Source of the DNA: Eledone cirrhosa
Lineage: Eukaryota
NCBI GenBank assembly: GCA_964016885.1
Contig: OZ024758.1
Location: 10,168,001-10,232,000, forward strand
Reading direction: 5' to 3'
DNA length: 64,000 bases
Under the pieces are notes generated by a model. It searched no databases and was not told the DNA's origin. It saw only the letters and a program-made list of their open reading frames with translations. The translations under genes were made by a program, and so were the position numbers. The first letter of the stretch is position 1; every line of letters starts with the position of its first letter. Shown piece after piece: positions 1 through 12,491 of this stretch.

Positions 1-238
1 TCCAGCAGTTGGAGGTGTGGGAGGGACCGTCCTGATAAAGACCAGTCAATTCTGAAATGCATAGATGTTTGTCCCCCTTGCTTTTGCTGGACACCACCAG
101 AGGGCGTTAGCGCCAGTGTTTGCATAGCTACGGCTTCCTAAATGTTTCCGGTAAACATACCGTGTTTCTTTAGAAATACGAAATTTCCATATATATACAT
201 ATATATATATATATATATTATATACATAATCCACTCAG

Positions 239-480
239 ATGGTGGATGGGTGCTCCACGAGAAAGCTGAGGATGGCTCTGAACATTAATAAGTATACACT
301 GAGGATGAAAAACACAGAGCTGTATGGGAGCCTCCCAAAAGTCAGCTCAGAAGTGACACAAAGGAGACTGAGGTTAGCTGAACATGCTCACCGACAGCCA
401 GAGTTGACATTGCACTCAGTGCTCCTGTGGCAGCCCCTACATGGACACACTGGAAGAGGAAGACAGATTCTGTTTCACAC
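239..480 (+). mobile_element. Non-LTR retrotransposon (RTE/RTEX-like) ORF C-terminal fragment
   Basis: RRLRLAEHAHR...VLLWQPLHGHTGRGR resembles the RTE-type C-terminal RLRxxGH...W...G.R..GRP motif. Confidence 0.6.
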
Positions 481-769
481 TGTTGGTGTTCCTCAGAGCA
501 ACGTACTCGCCGCCTCTGCCGAAAATTATAGAGGCTGGATCCTTATAGAATTCCAGTAATAATCAGGAACTGATTATACAGAGCTATTGCCGGTCCAGCA
601 AAAATTAAAAATTAGGATTGGTGCTCTGAAATAGCGAAAATTATAGAGGCTGGATTCTTATAGAATTCAAAATGTTTTTAATTAAACATACGGTATATTG
701 CCAAATATACTATACATACATTCATGTATACATCGCTATTTCAGAGCACCAATCCTAATATTTAATTTT

Positions 770-2200
770 TCTGTAGGCAACCAGTCTTTAACTCTTCTGT
801 AATGGCCTGGAGAACTATAATAACAGGAGAGGACCGAAGACTGAGCCTTGATGTATACCTACTTGCTTATTAAATTCTTCACTGAACTCATTGCCAACTC
901 TCACTATGACTAAAAGTCTAAAGTCTGTCTTGAGCCCAGTCCTGTGGTGTGAAGTGAGTGAGAGTACAAGACAGAACACCAGTCCATTACAAGGTTAAAC
1001 CCCCAGCTATTGCTGGTACTCATTTTAAGCTGAGTATACTGGAGCTATGTGAAATTAAGTGTTTTGCTCAAGAACACAACACACAGCCTGTGAAGAATTG
1101 GCTGATTATTATGATCATAAATCCAACACCCTTACCACTAGGCCACAAACCTCCTCTATGATCAGACAAAAGAATGTGGTACCCTGTCAAAGGTCTTCTC
1201 CAAATTCTTGAATGCTAGATATGGTGTCTTGTTCTTAGCTAATATCTTCTCTTGCAGCTGTCTCACTCTAAAAAAAGCACTGGTAGGACCTCAGCCTACC
1301 ACAAATCTAAACTACATTCCATTTAACCTTTTTGATACAAAACCTCCACTGGTTTTATGATATAAAACTTTATTTCAAAGTGCTTATATTTATCAACACC
1401 TTCCATCATAATTTCATAAAACCCTTCAAGATATGTTCCAAACACCAGATAAATAATTAGTTATATTAAAAAAATCATTCCAAATTTTTGAATATTTAAA
1501 AAATAATTTGAAAATCATAGGTAGAAATATGGTTACAAATGAGTTAAGCTAATTTCTCTTTCATAATTTGATCAATCAGTTTGATACCTCTATAGTTGCT
1601 TCTTTCTAGAAATCTCTAATGCCCTTGAAACAGTTAATGTTGATAAGGCTACACTCACCATTGGGTATGACACCTTCTTCAACTACCTGGTTAACTTTGC
1701 AAGTGACTAGCTTGAGCTTTATTTCTGCAACTCAGTAACTATCTTTGCTGAGCCTTCATAACCTTAATGGCCATTTGAACCATATAACAGTCAAACTTAA
1801 TAGCTGGTTCATCTGCTGGGGCTACTTTGTTCCTCCCACATTCAGCATTCAAATTAACTTTAACAAGCATCTTTCTTCTTTTCTGTGAGATGTATATACC
1901 CTCCTGGCGTTCTTATAAACCAGATCTGTATTGTTCGGTCAAGAGACAAATGGACATTCCCTGAAAATCACCACCATTGCTCATGTTTTTAGACTACAAT
2001 AGCCTTAGTGATCAGTGGTAGCTTTGGTAGATGCTTTCGCTGGCAGTGAATAAGAAGTATTTAAGTGATACCAACATCACCATTTAGTGATGGACTAGTA
2101 ACTGAAAGTGTTGCAGCATAGTTATTTAGCAACAGAATCAAGCCGGATAAGATGTAGTTAAGCTTTATACCAGGTAGAGTTACTACTGATGTTCTGTCAC
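770..2200 (-). mobile_element. Degenerate RTE LINE fragments interrupted by a SINE and a TTAA MITE
   Basis: 775-910 matches the RT segment (VGxHQGSVLxPLLF..LQAITEE.KTG) also seen at 21520-21640. Confidence 0.65.
925..1155 (-). mobile_element. tRNA-headed SINE
   Basis: Reverse strand starts gtggcctagtggtaagggtgttgg (A-box-like) then gtgttgtgttcttgagcaaaacac...gctccagt core shared with 24410-24470 and 52970-53012. Confidence 0.6.
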
Positions 2201-2893
2201 TTTATATATATATATACATATGTCTGTGTGTATGTAGGATATCCGTAGATAAAAGACCAAGGAAAAGAATGCTCAATCTATTGCAAGAGAGCTTATTTAG
2301 TATATTTGCAATTTCATACACAACACGTATGCGTAACATTAGGTTTCGCATATATATATTATATATATATATACACCAAAGAGGTCCGACGAGCAATTCA
2401 TTACAGAGTCGGGCTAGATCGAACTTTGAGCTGATCAATAGCGAAACGTGCGTCACCAACCAATAAACGTAATGAAGGCGTAACCACTCGTCATTGTTTT
2501 ATTTTATCTTATATATATATGTGTGTGTGTGTGTGTGTAAAGTGGTCATGTAGGTGTCACGACAAAAAGCGCCCAGCACACACAGTAATTGTGGTTGGTG
2601 TTAGGAAGGGCATCCACCCGGAGAAACCAAGCCCAAACCAGTTCTGTATGAGCAAGTCATGGCCATCGGATCTGGATTGTCTCACGAGGCAACTAGTCTA
2701 ACCGATGGTAGCGTGGAAAATGGAAGTTAAACGGTGATGATGATGATATATGTATTTCTAATTTCTCAATCTTTCTTCTGATGAAGGATAGCATCCGAAA
2801 CGTTACGACCCTCTTCCCGCTACTTCAAGCGTTAAACTAATATATTCCTTCCATATACTGTACCGTTTGTTTTGTTATTTCTGTTTACTTTTT

Positions 2894-2925
<32 letters not shown>

Positions 2926-5900
2926 TGTGTAGAAGTAGCTTCTACAGGACTGAAGATTTCATCTGAATGAAACAGTTCTAGTCCTGTAGAAGCTACTTCT
3001 ACACAATAAATATATTTCACTCTGCTATGTATTGAGTACCTTACTTACTGTGGTTATCCCCGACTCAACCCGGGATCTACGTATATATATATATATATAT
3101 ATATATAGTTACACGCGTCGAAAGAAGCGACTAAAAGGGTTAATGTACAAGAAGGGCATCCGCATGTAAAACATCGATTCTAACAGTCCCATCCCGCCCA
3201 ACCCATGACAGCATGAAAACAAATCGACATAAAAACGATGATGACAATGGTACATATGTCTGTATGATTCGGGATGGCAACATCAGTACAGCATCGATCG
3301 AAAATACTGTGTAATATTTGCTTATCTCCCTTTACAATTTGAGTTCAAATCCCTGTCAGGTCCAACTACCTTTCCTCATTCCAAGGTCTATAAGATCCGG
3401 ATAGATATAATCGACTAAAACTCTTGAAAGTACCGCCTCGGCATGTCCGTAATCCTATTACTGTTATCAGAAAAGAAAAAAGAATGAATGCAATAAATTT
3501 GGTTTTTTTTTTTTTTCTTGTGTGCGTAATTATAGTAGTAATTGGACGATTGATGATTATTTCTAAAAATATCACACTGGAAAGATGAAAGGCAAAATAT
3601 TTCCCAACTGTATTATTCTGTCCGATGCTTTTAAAATGCAACAGGAAGAAAATTCCTGTAAATTTAAGCCTAACTTTCCTAAAATAATTGCAATATAAAG
3701 CTTTTTTCGGCCTTAGGAAGCTAAAATTGTATTATTCTTCTCAAAATTATTTGTATTATCTCCCACAATATCCACTTTGACTTTCTGGGGTCAAAAAAAT
3801 AAAGTACCAGTGAAATAGTAGGTTCGATTATTAAAGATTTCTCACATGCAGTGTTTTTCATGTCATTAAAAAAATCTCACAATTTACACTTTAAAAAAAT
3901 CTGGCACAAATGAATCGAAATGATCAAGTTATTTGGTAACGTTGAGAAAGGTAGTTCAACAAACGATACATTAGGACTTCTGCTTTAAACCTTGCCGGCT
4001 TTAATATTTCATCAGGAGTATTGTCAATTGCTTACAACACACCATCTAAAAATGGATTGCCTTTTGTAAGTACAAGTAATAAACCTTTATCAAATGTCGT
4101 GGCGTTCATGCTTTACACTGAAATTTTTTCACCTCAGAGCCATCCACTTTTACTTCTTAATTTTTCGAGAACAATTAGAGGGAGATTTGGCTGGTATTTC
4201 TAACCGGTAAAACAACTACGTGGACGCTCACTCAGTAGTTAGTTTCACTTATGTGAAATTGAAACTAAATCTCGGAGGGGGGGGGGGGGGATTGGAAGAT
4301 TACGTCACATCACATTTACGAAAAAAAAAAAAAAGAAAAAAAATCAAATCAAATTAAAAGATACTTAATTAAAAATGGGACAAAATAAATGTCACACTAA
4401 AGCTTTTATTGACCTTAAAAAACAGGTATAAACCTTTTTCTATACCTCTCACTACGGTTCAGCATACTTATTTATAATCAGATGTATTCTAGCTATGACC
4501 ATCCCATCTGATTTTCTGACATTTTAACGTACGACAAAATTATCTCACGTGTATTCCCCCACCTTTTTTTTTAGAAGGTAGTATACGAATTGGAAGGACA
4601 TGATAAACGTTATTCGTAAAGTGAAGGACATCTTCAGAATTGGTTACATGGTGACTTCATCTCTTGTTCTACAAGAGCGCATGAGCAAATCTGAATTAAT
4701 ATTAATAGAGAGAGAAAACTACCACTCTTACGAATTTTTTGCTAGAATTGAGAAGAAAAAAAAAACTAACTAAAGTTATTGCATTAAAAAAAATTTGTTC
4801 TTAAAACTTTTGTAAAGAATCAGCCGTCTTTTCTTTTTGTTGATTATAAATATTTAGTTTTGATTGCGAAAATCAGATAAAATTCTGGAAATAATTTAGA
4901 GATGTTTTTTTTTGTTTTTTTTTTTTTACTCTGTGCGTGAAAAAAAAATTAAGAAACACAATAAATTAAACGAGGTTATCAAATGTTCCCTTATGACCTC
5001 TGCCGTGTCACATTCACCAGCGACCCGGTGTCAGAGAATAACTAGTGAAAATACGACTAGATTGAAAATAATATGTAATAACTTTTTAAAATATTCCTAC
5101 ACTTATCCTTAAATGGAGACAATAGGTGATTCTATTTGTGTGTGTGTGTGTTTATGTATATGTTAAAGTGAATGAGAGAGAGAGAATAAATTTGTGTGAG
5201 AGTCAGTGCGAGTCGTAAATTAGGATTAATAAAGAAACTGCATGTCAAAGATATAGAATTCAAATTTGATGACCTAATATAATTAAATACATATAAAAGA
5301 AGTATTCAACGGTAAATAGCTGTTAAGGACTCGATTCGATTCTATGACCATACACCATATAATGAATTATAGTTACTAGCGTGGTTTTTCGATAAAATAT
5401 CTTGGACAACAGAACAAATAATTAATTATATGACACTTCGGTATCGCTCATAAGTAGTGTCAAGATATGTTACAACCATGAAGGTAGTAGTAAAAATGAA
5501 AGATAGCAGTAGAATTTTGTTACAACACCGAAAAGCTCGGGAGTTACCCCTATCTTGGCAGGGAGTCCCGGGGCGATATGCGTCACTTGAACAACAATTC
5601 CGCACAGAATGACTACAACTTTATTTATTCATTAGAAAGAAGAACCCCCACTTCCCCCCAAAAAAATGTTTTAAATTACAAATAAATTAAAATGAAAGAA
5701 AATATCAGTAAATTATTTTAGAAATAAACTGTTAAATTTGATATGATTTCTACTCTTGTTTGTTAGAGATATGAAAATAACATTAAAGACTGGTGATGGC
5801 CCCTTAGTTACTGAGCTAGACGTGCATATCACATGTGACGACAGAGATTCAAGGTTACACAGAACCTGGATTTAGAAGTCCTTTATTTCGCCTGAAGGTG

Positions 5901-5982
5901 CTTCCTTAAAAAAATTTCGCGAAGCACGCGTTGTTTAACCTGACCTAAGAATTAATTACTGGCCTTCAAATTATTCTTTTAG

Positions 5983-6025
5983 CTCCTGCTTTGGAAAAAA
6001 GGCGAAAAAATAAATCCTCATATCG
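5983..6025 (+). other. Candidate non-coding 5'-UTR exon
   Basis: ttattcttttag acceptor and TCG|gtaagt donor; could instead be the 3' end of a first exon. Confidence 0.4.
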
Positions 6026-7014
6026 GTAAGTGTATCAACTTCTTAGTTCCAAGTGTGGCTATGGCAGAATGATTTGAGATCAGGGGGATCACTTTATTAA
6101 TATACTATCAGAAAATTGAATATTTATACCGATATATATTTTAATAGATCATCTGTTTATTATTATTTCTTATCCTGTTGTATCTACATGAATGTTCGCT
6201 ATCGTTGTTCTCAAATGATTTACGCCTTGTTCTTCATATCGGGGAGCACTGTCACGTGTAAATTCGCATGTCCACCCATGTTTTAAGCCCTTTTTTTTGT
6301 GGTGGGGACACACGCACATTTTTCTTAGCATGCTAAAATACCGTCAACAAAATTTTACCCTTTCGTGTCTTCCGTTGCAAAGTATTTTTCACCGAAAAAA
6401 TATTCAGTAATATTTTTGTTATATATTTTATATCATTCTACAATTTCTACGAAATTCGAATTTTTTTTTTTCATATATTTCTAAATTCGTTCTTTCATTC
6501 CCTCCTGTTGCTATTAAATATGTATAATTGTCCTTATATAGCTACATTGGTCGTCTTAACGCTGAAATTAAGTATATGCAATGTGAGTATAGTGTTAACC
6601 AAGATAAAATGTAGTCCTATTTAACCGGCACATGGTTCACCTTAGAAATATACATTAACAATTGTTGTAATGTTTATTGATATTGAGATAATTTTATCGA
6701 AATTATATTTATAATAATAATTATTCCCATTCATATTTTTATAAATACAAATAAAGATATTTTACATCATCGCCCCCCCCCCTCTCCTTAGAAAAAGTCC
6801 TGTTAAAATAAATGTAATCTGCATAATGATGGAAGGCATAATTTAGTTGCGTATTTATTGGTGCATTTTGATAACAGCGTTTAACTTTATTATTATGGTG
6901 TTTATAAAGATGTTTTCTTAAAATAAAAACCTCAACAAAGTGTATAATGATGTGTTAAAGCATATTAAGCTGTAGCAGTAAAAGTGTCGGTTTAGTTAAA
7001 ACTAGTAGTCGCTG

Positions 7015-7201
7015 ATCAAGATGGCGGCTTCCTTCCCGGCGCGAGTGGGAGGAAGGGGAGGACAGTTCCTCTCAGCTACTACTACCTTATTTGCTAAACC
7101 TACCACTAAAGCTCTTCTCTCCTCCCTCTACTTCTGACCGTTTCAGCCGACAACGTCGTGCTTTTTTCCTTTTGCAAACCTCTTTACCTCTTCGAACGCA
7201 C
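7015..7201 (+). other. Candidate first (5'-UTR) exon
   Basis: Begins at YY1-like motif, GC/pyrimidine-rich, ends CAC|gtaagt; 5' end approximate. Confidence 0.55.
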
Positions 7202-10200
7202 GTAAGTAAAACTAACTTTATGCAGGCTTGTGCTTTCTCTCATTTCATTTTAGTAAAGTTAATTATTGTTTTTATTTGTATTTACAATGGTAGCAGACTT
7301 GATATTACATTTATTACTCAAGCAAGCCCAGACATCTTTCATAATTGCAGCATCAGCCTCGAGTTGGATATTTGATCTTCTTTCATAAAATAACTCGAAT
7401 ATTCTTTTCGTTTTATTATTCATAATTTATTTATTATATCGAAATGTTCATTTTATAATAATTTTTTTACTTAGAAAGTTTCTCTGTAAACTTTTATGTG
7501 TTATCAGTGTTAGCTTCTCAGGACCTTGAATCCGTTGTATATACATGCCACACAATGTAACTACTTACTCTGATAAAATCTCTTTTGTAATGTAACGTTT
7601 CTTTACCGGAATCATTTTTCTATATTTTTACTTTTAATTGTCTGACAAAACTTGAAGTAATATTTTCTTTTTTTTTTTTTTTGTTGTGTGTGTTTATCTC
7701 TTCAATTGATCCTCCACTTTTCAACCATATTGTACCTACATAACACATACGAACAGACGTGTTCTTAACATGTTAATACTACAAATAAAGATATATATAA
7801 TATGTCTATATAGATATGTGTGTGTGTGTGTTTATATGTTTATAAATAAATAAATATATATATATATATATATATAAATTATCGGGAAATGTTTTATTAT
7901 TGGTGAATTTTCCACTTGAAAAATGTGCTATTTAGATTTAATGATACGTTACTAATTAGTATATGCTGGTCAATAGACTCAGTATGCCTTCGACCTACGT
8001 TATTACGACTGCCACCATCATTATCACAGAATGTAGTTTCGGCGTAATGTTTAACAGCTGAGATTTCTCTAGAACTGAATATTGAGCATCGACAATTAGT
8101 TAAGAGGCTATTAGAAACAATTATCCTCAACTGGAAGTTCATTTCTCATGATTTCTGAAACAATTTGCGTCTCAAGTTAAAACATTGTGCAGTATTGTTT
8201 AGTAGCCATATTGTTATGTGAAAGCTATTTAAAGAATTAATTTTCTTTCAATTCAAACATTTGTTTTGAAATCTTATTTTAAATTCCATTCCGCATATGT
8301 ATTAAATCGAGGTGGGGTGCTTCCTCCTGTAACCATTAAGCCTCTGTACCTTACACCTCCATACTGTTATTTTATTTTACATACAAATGACTCATTGCTC
8401 TTGGTGGCGACTGTTTACGTAAATTCTTAACGTTGAATTTTTCATTTGTAGTTCATTACATGACATTAATAAGACTTTAAGATGTTGACTGAGTGAAAAA
8501 AAAAAATGTGTCCATTATATTATACTAGTTATGTAGCCCCAGGCCAGTCCTGACTGATGATACGTATGATCAATGACATAACCGGCCCGTCTTTCTTTCA
8601 AATTGCGTAACTAGGACTACATTAGCCAATGTATCCATTCTTTTTTTTTTTTTTTCAAAACCATTGTAATTTAGCTGTTATTTCTGGCAAGTCTGGTGAC
8701 CAATGTAACAGGGCTCCATCGTTGGCTCAATTTTACACATGTATAAGAAAAGCATGCGAGTCTCTTCTCATTTAGCAAGACGTGACAATTTGATAATTCA
8801 GTTAATTATTTGGGTATTTATAGAACGCACAAATGAAATTAGCAGATTGTGTTTTTCCTAGAACACCAATGTAGTACACTATTAATATTGTTCTATGCTT
8901 TGTCGTAGTAGTTCGAAACCTTTTTACACATTCAAATTATCTCCCCTTTAGCTACTCTTGTCTTAATTGAAACACAAATTTAATTAGAATTGTCCAATGA
9001 CCCATGTATTAAAAATGTTTGTCGAATAAGAACGATTATTAATAGAAATGGATAAAATGAAATATCTAAATTTATATATAGTATCCCAAACCTATATTTT
9101 AAGACATTGGCAATGGATTGACCGTTTAGATATTTCTGCAAAGTTAGCCTTGCGTTACTGTATCATTATTGTCAATTACATACACACACACACATAGAGT
9201 CGACGAGTGATCTCGAACGTGTATATTACGCCATGAATTCGATGAACCGGACGTGATGTTTGCATTTTCTCAAGATGTCAGTGGTACCTCTTAATTCTTG
9301 TTACTGAACGCTCTGCATATCAACCAATAGATTTTAGGCCCTAAATATATTAAATATGCGGAGCAGTGTGGTTGATGACTTAGGGTAGGGACATCATGGC
9401 TGATCGGTTTGTACTTGTATGATCGTGTGTTGATATCGAGCTATTAGGATTCCAAAATGTGAAATATTTTTTTGGGGGGGGTGGGGGTGGGGGGTGGAGG
9501 CTAATATTTTTAACTGGTATTTAGCAACTTCTCTGGTGGATGCACCCATTACATTCTGTAAAGTGGTTGGTGTTAAGGGCATCCAACCATGAAATAAATT
9601 AGGAGACGACGTGGTCCTCTTGAGAACTGGCTGTAAACAATCCAACCCATACCAGCATGGTAAACAAAAAACAAAATTTTAATCTGGTTTGTTAATTCAA
9701 ATGTTTATAGTATTTTTACTAGTGAACATTTTGTGAAAATTTAGACCTAATTTTAAATTTGATACCATCATAATACTATTTTGTACTTTTCAAAAAGTCT
9801 TGCTAATGTGGGTTCATGCAGTACAGGACATTCAGAATTAAACCGCCCTGTTTGCTTTCAAGAGAGATTTAAAATTTGTACTCTTAAAGAAAACAGCTTA
9901 AGAGTTTGTAAAATATTTTAAGCAGTCAGTTTTCTAATTAATACTTTTAACTCAAGATATAAACTCTGGATTGTTTGCTATTTAGCTTCAGGTCAGCTCT
10001 GATTATAAAGACATTTCAATTGTGGCACCCTCCCCCGCCGTTTGAGGGAGATTTGACTGCTATTTCTACCAGGTCTAGTGAACACAGACTTTGCTGTGGA
10101 TCACTGTTGTTTTTCTCATTTTTGTAACTTGAGCTGGAATGGACTCTTGTTTGAAAAAAATGTGTTGCATAGAAAGGAAAATATCTCTCTAGATGTAATT

Positions 10201-10730
10201 TTTGTAGCTACAACCAACACACACACATAGTCAGCTGATGCAAAACATTTCCTTGTTCATGGGAATTTGGGTTGAATTGTTTCCTCTATAAAGAGAATGC
10301 AATAATGACTGAATGCGCCCCCGCCCTCCCCATATTCTTATTGCTAATCATATTTGCCTTTTTTTTTTTTTTAGGGCTCAATATCTGATACAATCTTGAC
10401 ATGTAACCCAACAATTTTTATTATGAAATAGTTCCCTTCTATTTCCATTTCACCACGCTGGCATGAGTTTGGTGGGTTTCATAGCATCACTTGTTGTCTG
10501 GTATAGCAACAAAGAAAAACAGCTGACATTGCTGCTGTATATGTTATGGTTGTTAAGACTGGGTGCCATTTTTACAGCACTGGTCAGATGCATTTCATTT
10601 TGCTGTCAACACTAGAAAATTATTGAGACAGCATTAAGGAGTTTCTTGTATCAATTGTTATTTGAAGTTAGTCTTCTTTCCCCCTACAATTTGCATAGTT
10701 CACACTTGTACTATTTGTATAGGTTTTATC

Positions 10731-10941
10731 TTAACCCTTTAGCATTTACATTACTCTAATATTCACCATTGTATTTTCACGGTAAACACTTTTCACGTAA
10801 TTATCTCGCATGATATCGAACCTATGAGATTTTAATAATTTTTAGAACAATACCTTAACATAAGTATGAGCAGCCAGTTATGGCTGGTTTGAACAGGAGG
10901 CGGCGAGAGAATTCTGGCTGGTTTAAATGCTAAAGGGTTAA
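10731..10941 (+). mobile_element. piggyBac-type MITE, about 200 bp
   Basis: TTAA-CCCTTTAGCATTTA ... TAAATGCTAAAGGG-TTAA, perfect 14-bp TIR and TTAA duplication. Confidence 0.9.
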
Positions 10942-12437
10942 ATATTTTCACACTAACTATGGTACTAGTAATATGGCCAAAACTTCATTTTAACACATCT
11001 AGTAACCGTAAAAAAACAAGCCAGAACGCAGTCCCGCTATGAGCAAGGTATAGTGCAACCAACTGATCTCCCTCATTGCGGGCCATACAGTTCTATGAGT
11101 AGCGTATGGTGCAGCCAACCTGTCAGATTCCTCATGGGACCACCCAGTCCCACATTGTAAACGTGGTTGGTGTTAGGAAGGGCATCCAGCTGTAAAAAAC
11201 CCAGCCAAAATACAGTTCTGTTTGAGGAAGGTATGGTGGCAGCCAACTGGCCAAGACTTGTCTCATGTGGACGATCTGTCTAACCCATGCAAGCATGGAA
11301 TAATATGTTAAATCGTGATGATGATGGAGTTGTGATCTCATCGAAAACAAATGGTGGTTATTGGAAAAAAGTGGAAAACTAGAAATAGGAAATGTTTGTA
11401 TTTGATTTATATCTTAGCCATAAAATCTTTATTTTGCTTATACATTCACTTGATGTTAAACTGTAAAGCTTGTTTTGCATGATCTATTCTACCCTACATT
11501 AGCTATTTCTGTTAACAAATTGAACATCTAGGGATACTCAAACTGTAATTGCTGAGTTCTTAACCAGTTGAAACTGGAAAGCTAAGTGAATAAAATTTAG
11601 GTAAAACACTGGTCCATAACTGTTACTGGACTTTAATAGGATGATTGTTTTTGTCTGCTTTCTTGAACACAAACTGACTGCTTGATTTCCTTTGCATGAT
11701 TTTGAATAACATATTTAAATTATATTGTAAGCCTGATGTAACCACTCTATTAGACATTCTCTTTGTCCAATTCTATCCATGAATTTGAGATGCATACATT
11801 AATTTCTTAAAATAATTAACTGATCAGCCTGACTGAAGCTTGTTTTCCACAGTAATATATATCAGCAAATACTCACAGTAACCTTAAGTCTGGGCTATGC
11901 AGTTGGTCCACCAAACCGTAAATTAATATATTTCTTATATTGATTGAAAGTACACAATACATATGGTCAATGTGAATTATTAGTTACCTTATGGGGCACC
12001 CTCTATTCATGGTGTTCACAAAATAAGTTTTGTAAATGGAGGCCAGTGTCACCCTCATAGAGAATTGCAAAAGTTAGTGATATGAGATGGTAGGGACCAT
12101 TCAATCTTGTACCACTTCCATTTCACAATCTGGTGTCTCATTACAATATATTGATCAATTCCTATATGAAGTTCAGCTGGGACACACCTGGCAAATAGTG
12201 TTTCTTTTCCCCCCTAAAGTTTTGATTTCTTTTTCAAAATTGTATATATATCAAAAGTAGAAATCTAGGGTGGATCATTCAAAATCAACAGTAAAGTGTT
12301 ATATAAAGCTTTATATTATACTAGACCACCTGTGATCCGTTGGGTCACATTCACTTAAAAATAATTTTTAAATAATTAAAATATACACAGACATGTATAT
12401 GTGAAATGAAACTGGAAGGCCCATATATGTATGTATG

Positions 12438-12491
<54 letters not shown>

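Larger units (their letters stand above)
133..3075. mobile_element. Penelope-like terminal repeat remnants carrying hammerhead-like motifs (133-178, 2383-2457, 2772-2810, 2923-3008)
   Basis: CUGANGA-hairpin-GAAAC-type cores, two with AATAAA close behind, each unit beside (TA)n. Confidence 0.5.
5540..7201 (+). promoter_or_regulatory. Probable LARP4 promoter and 5'-UTR exon region
   Basis: Visibly more CpG than the bulk window, few repeats, YY1-type CAAGATGGCGGC at 7017-7028, CACATGTGAC E-box near 5830, strong gtaagt donors at 6026 and 7202. Confidence 0.65.
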
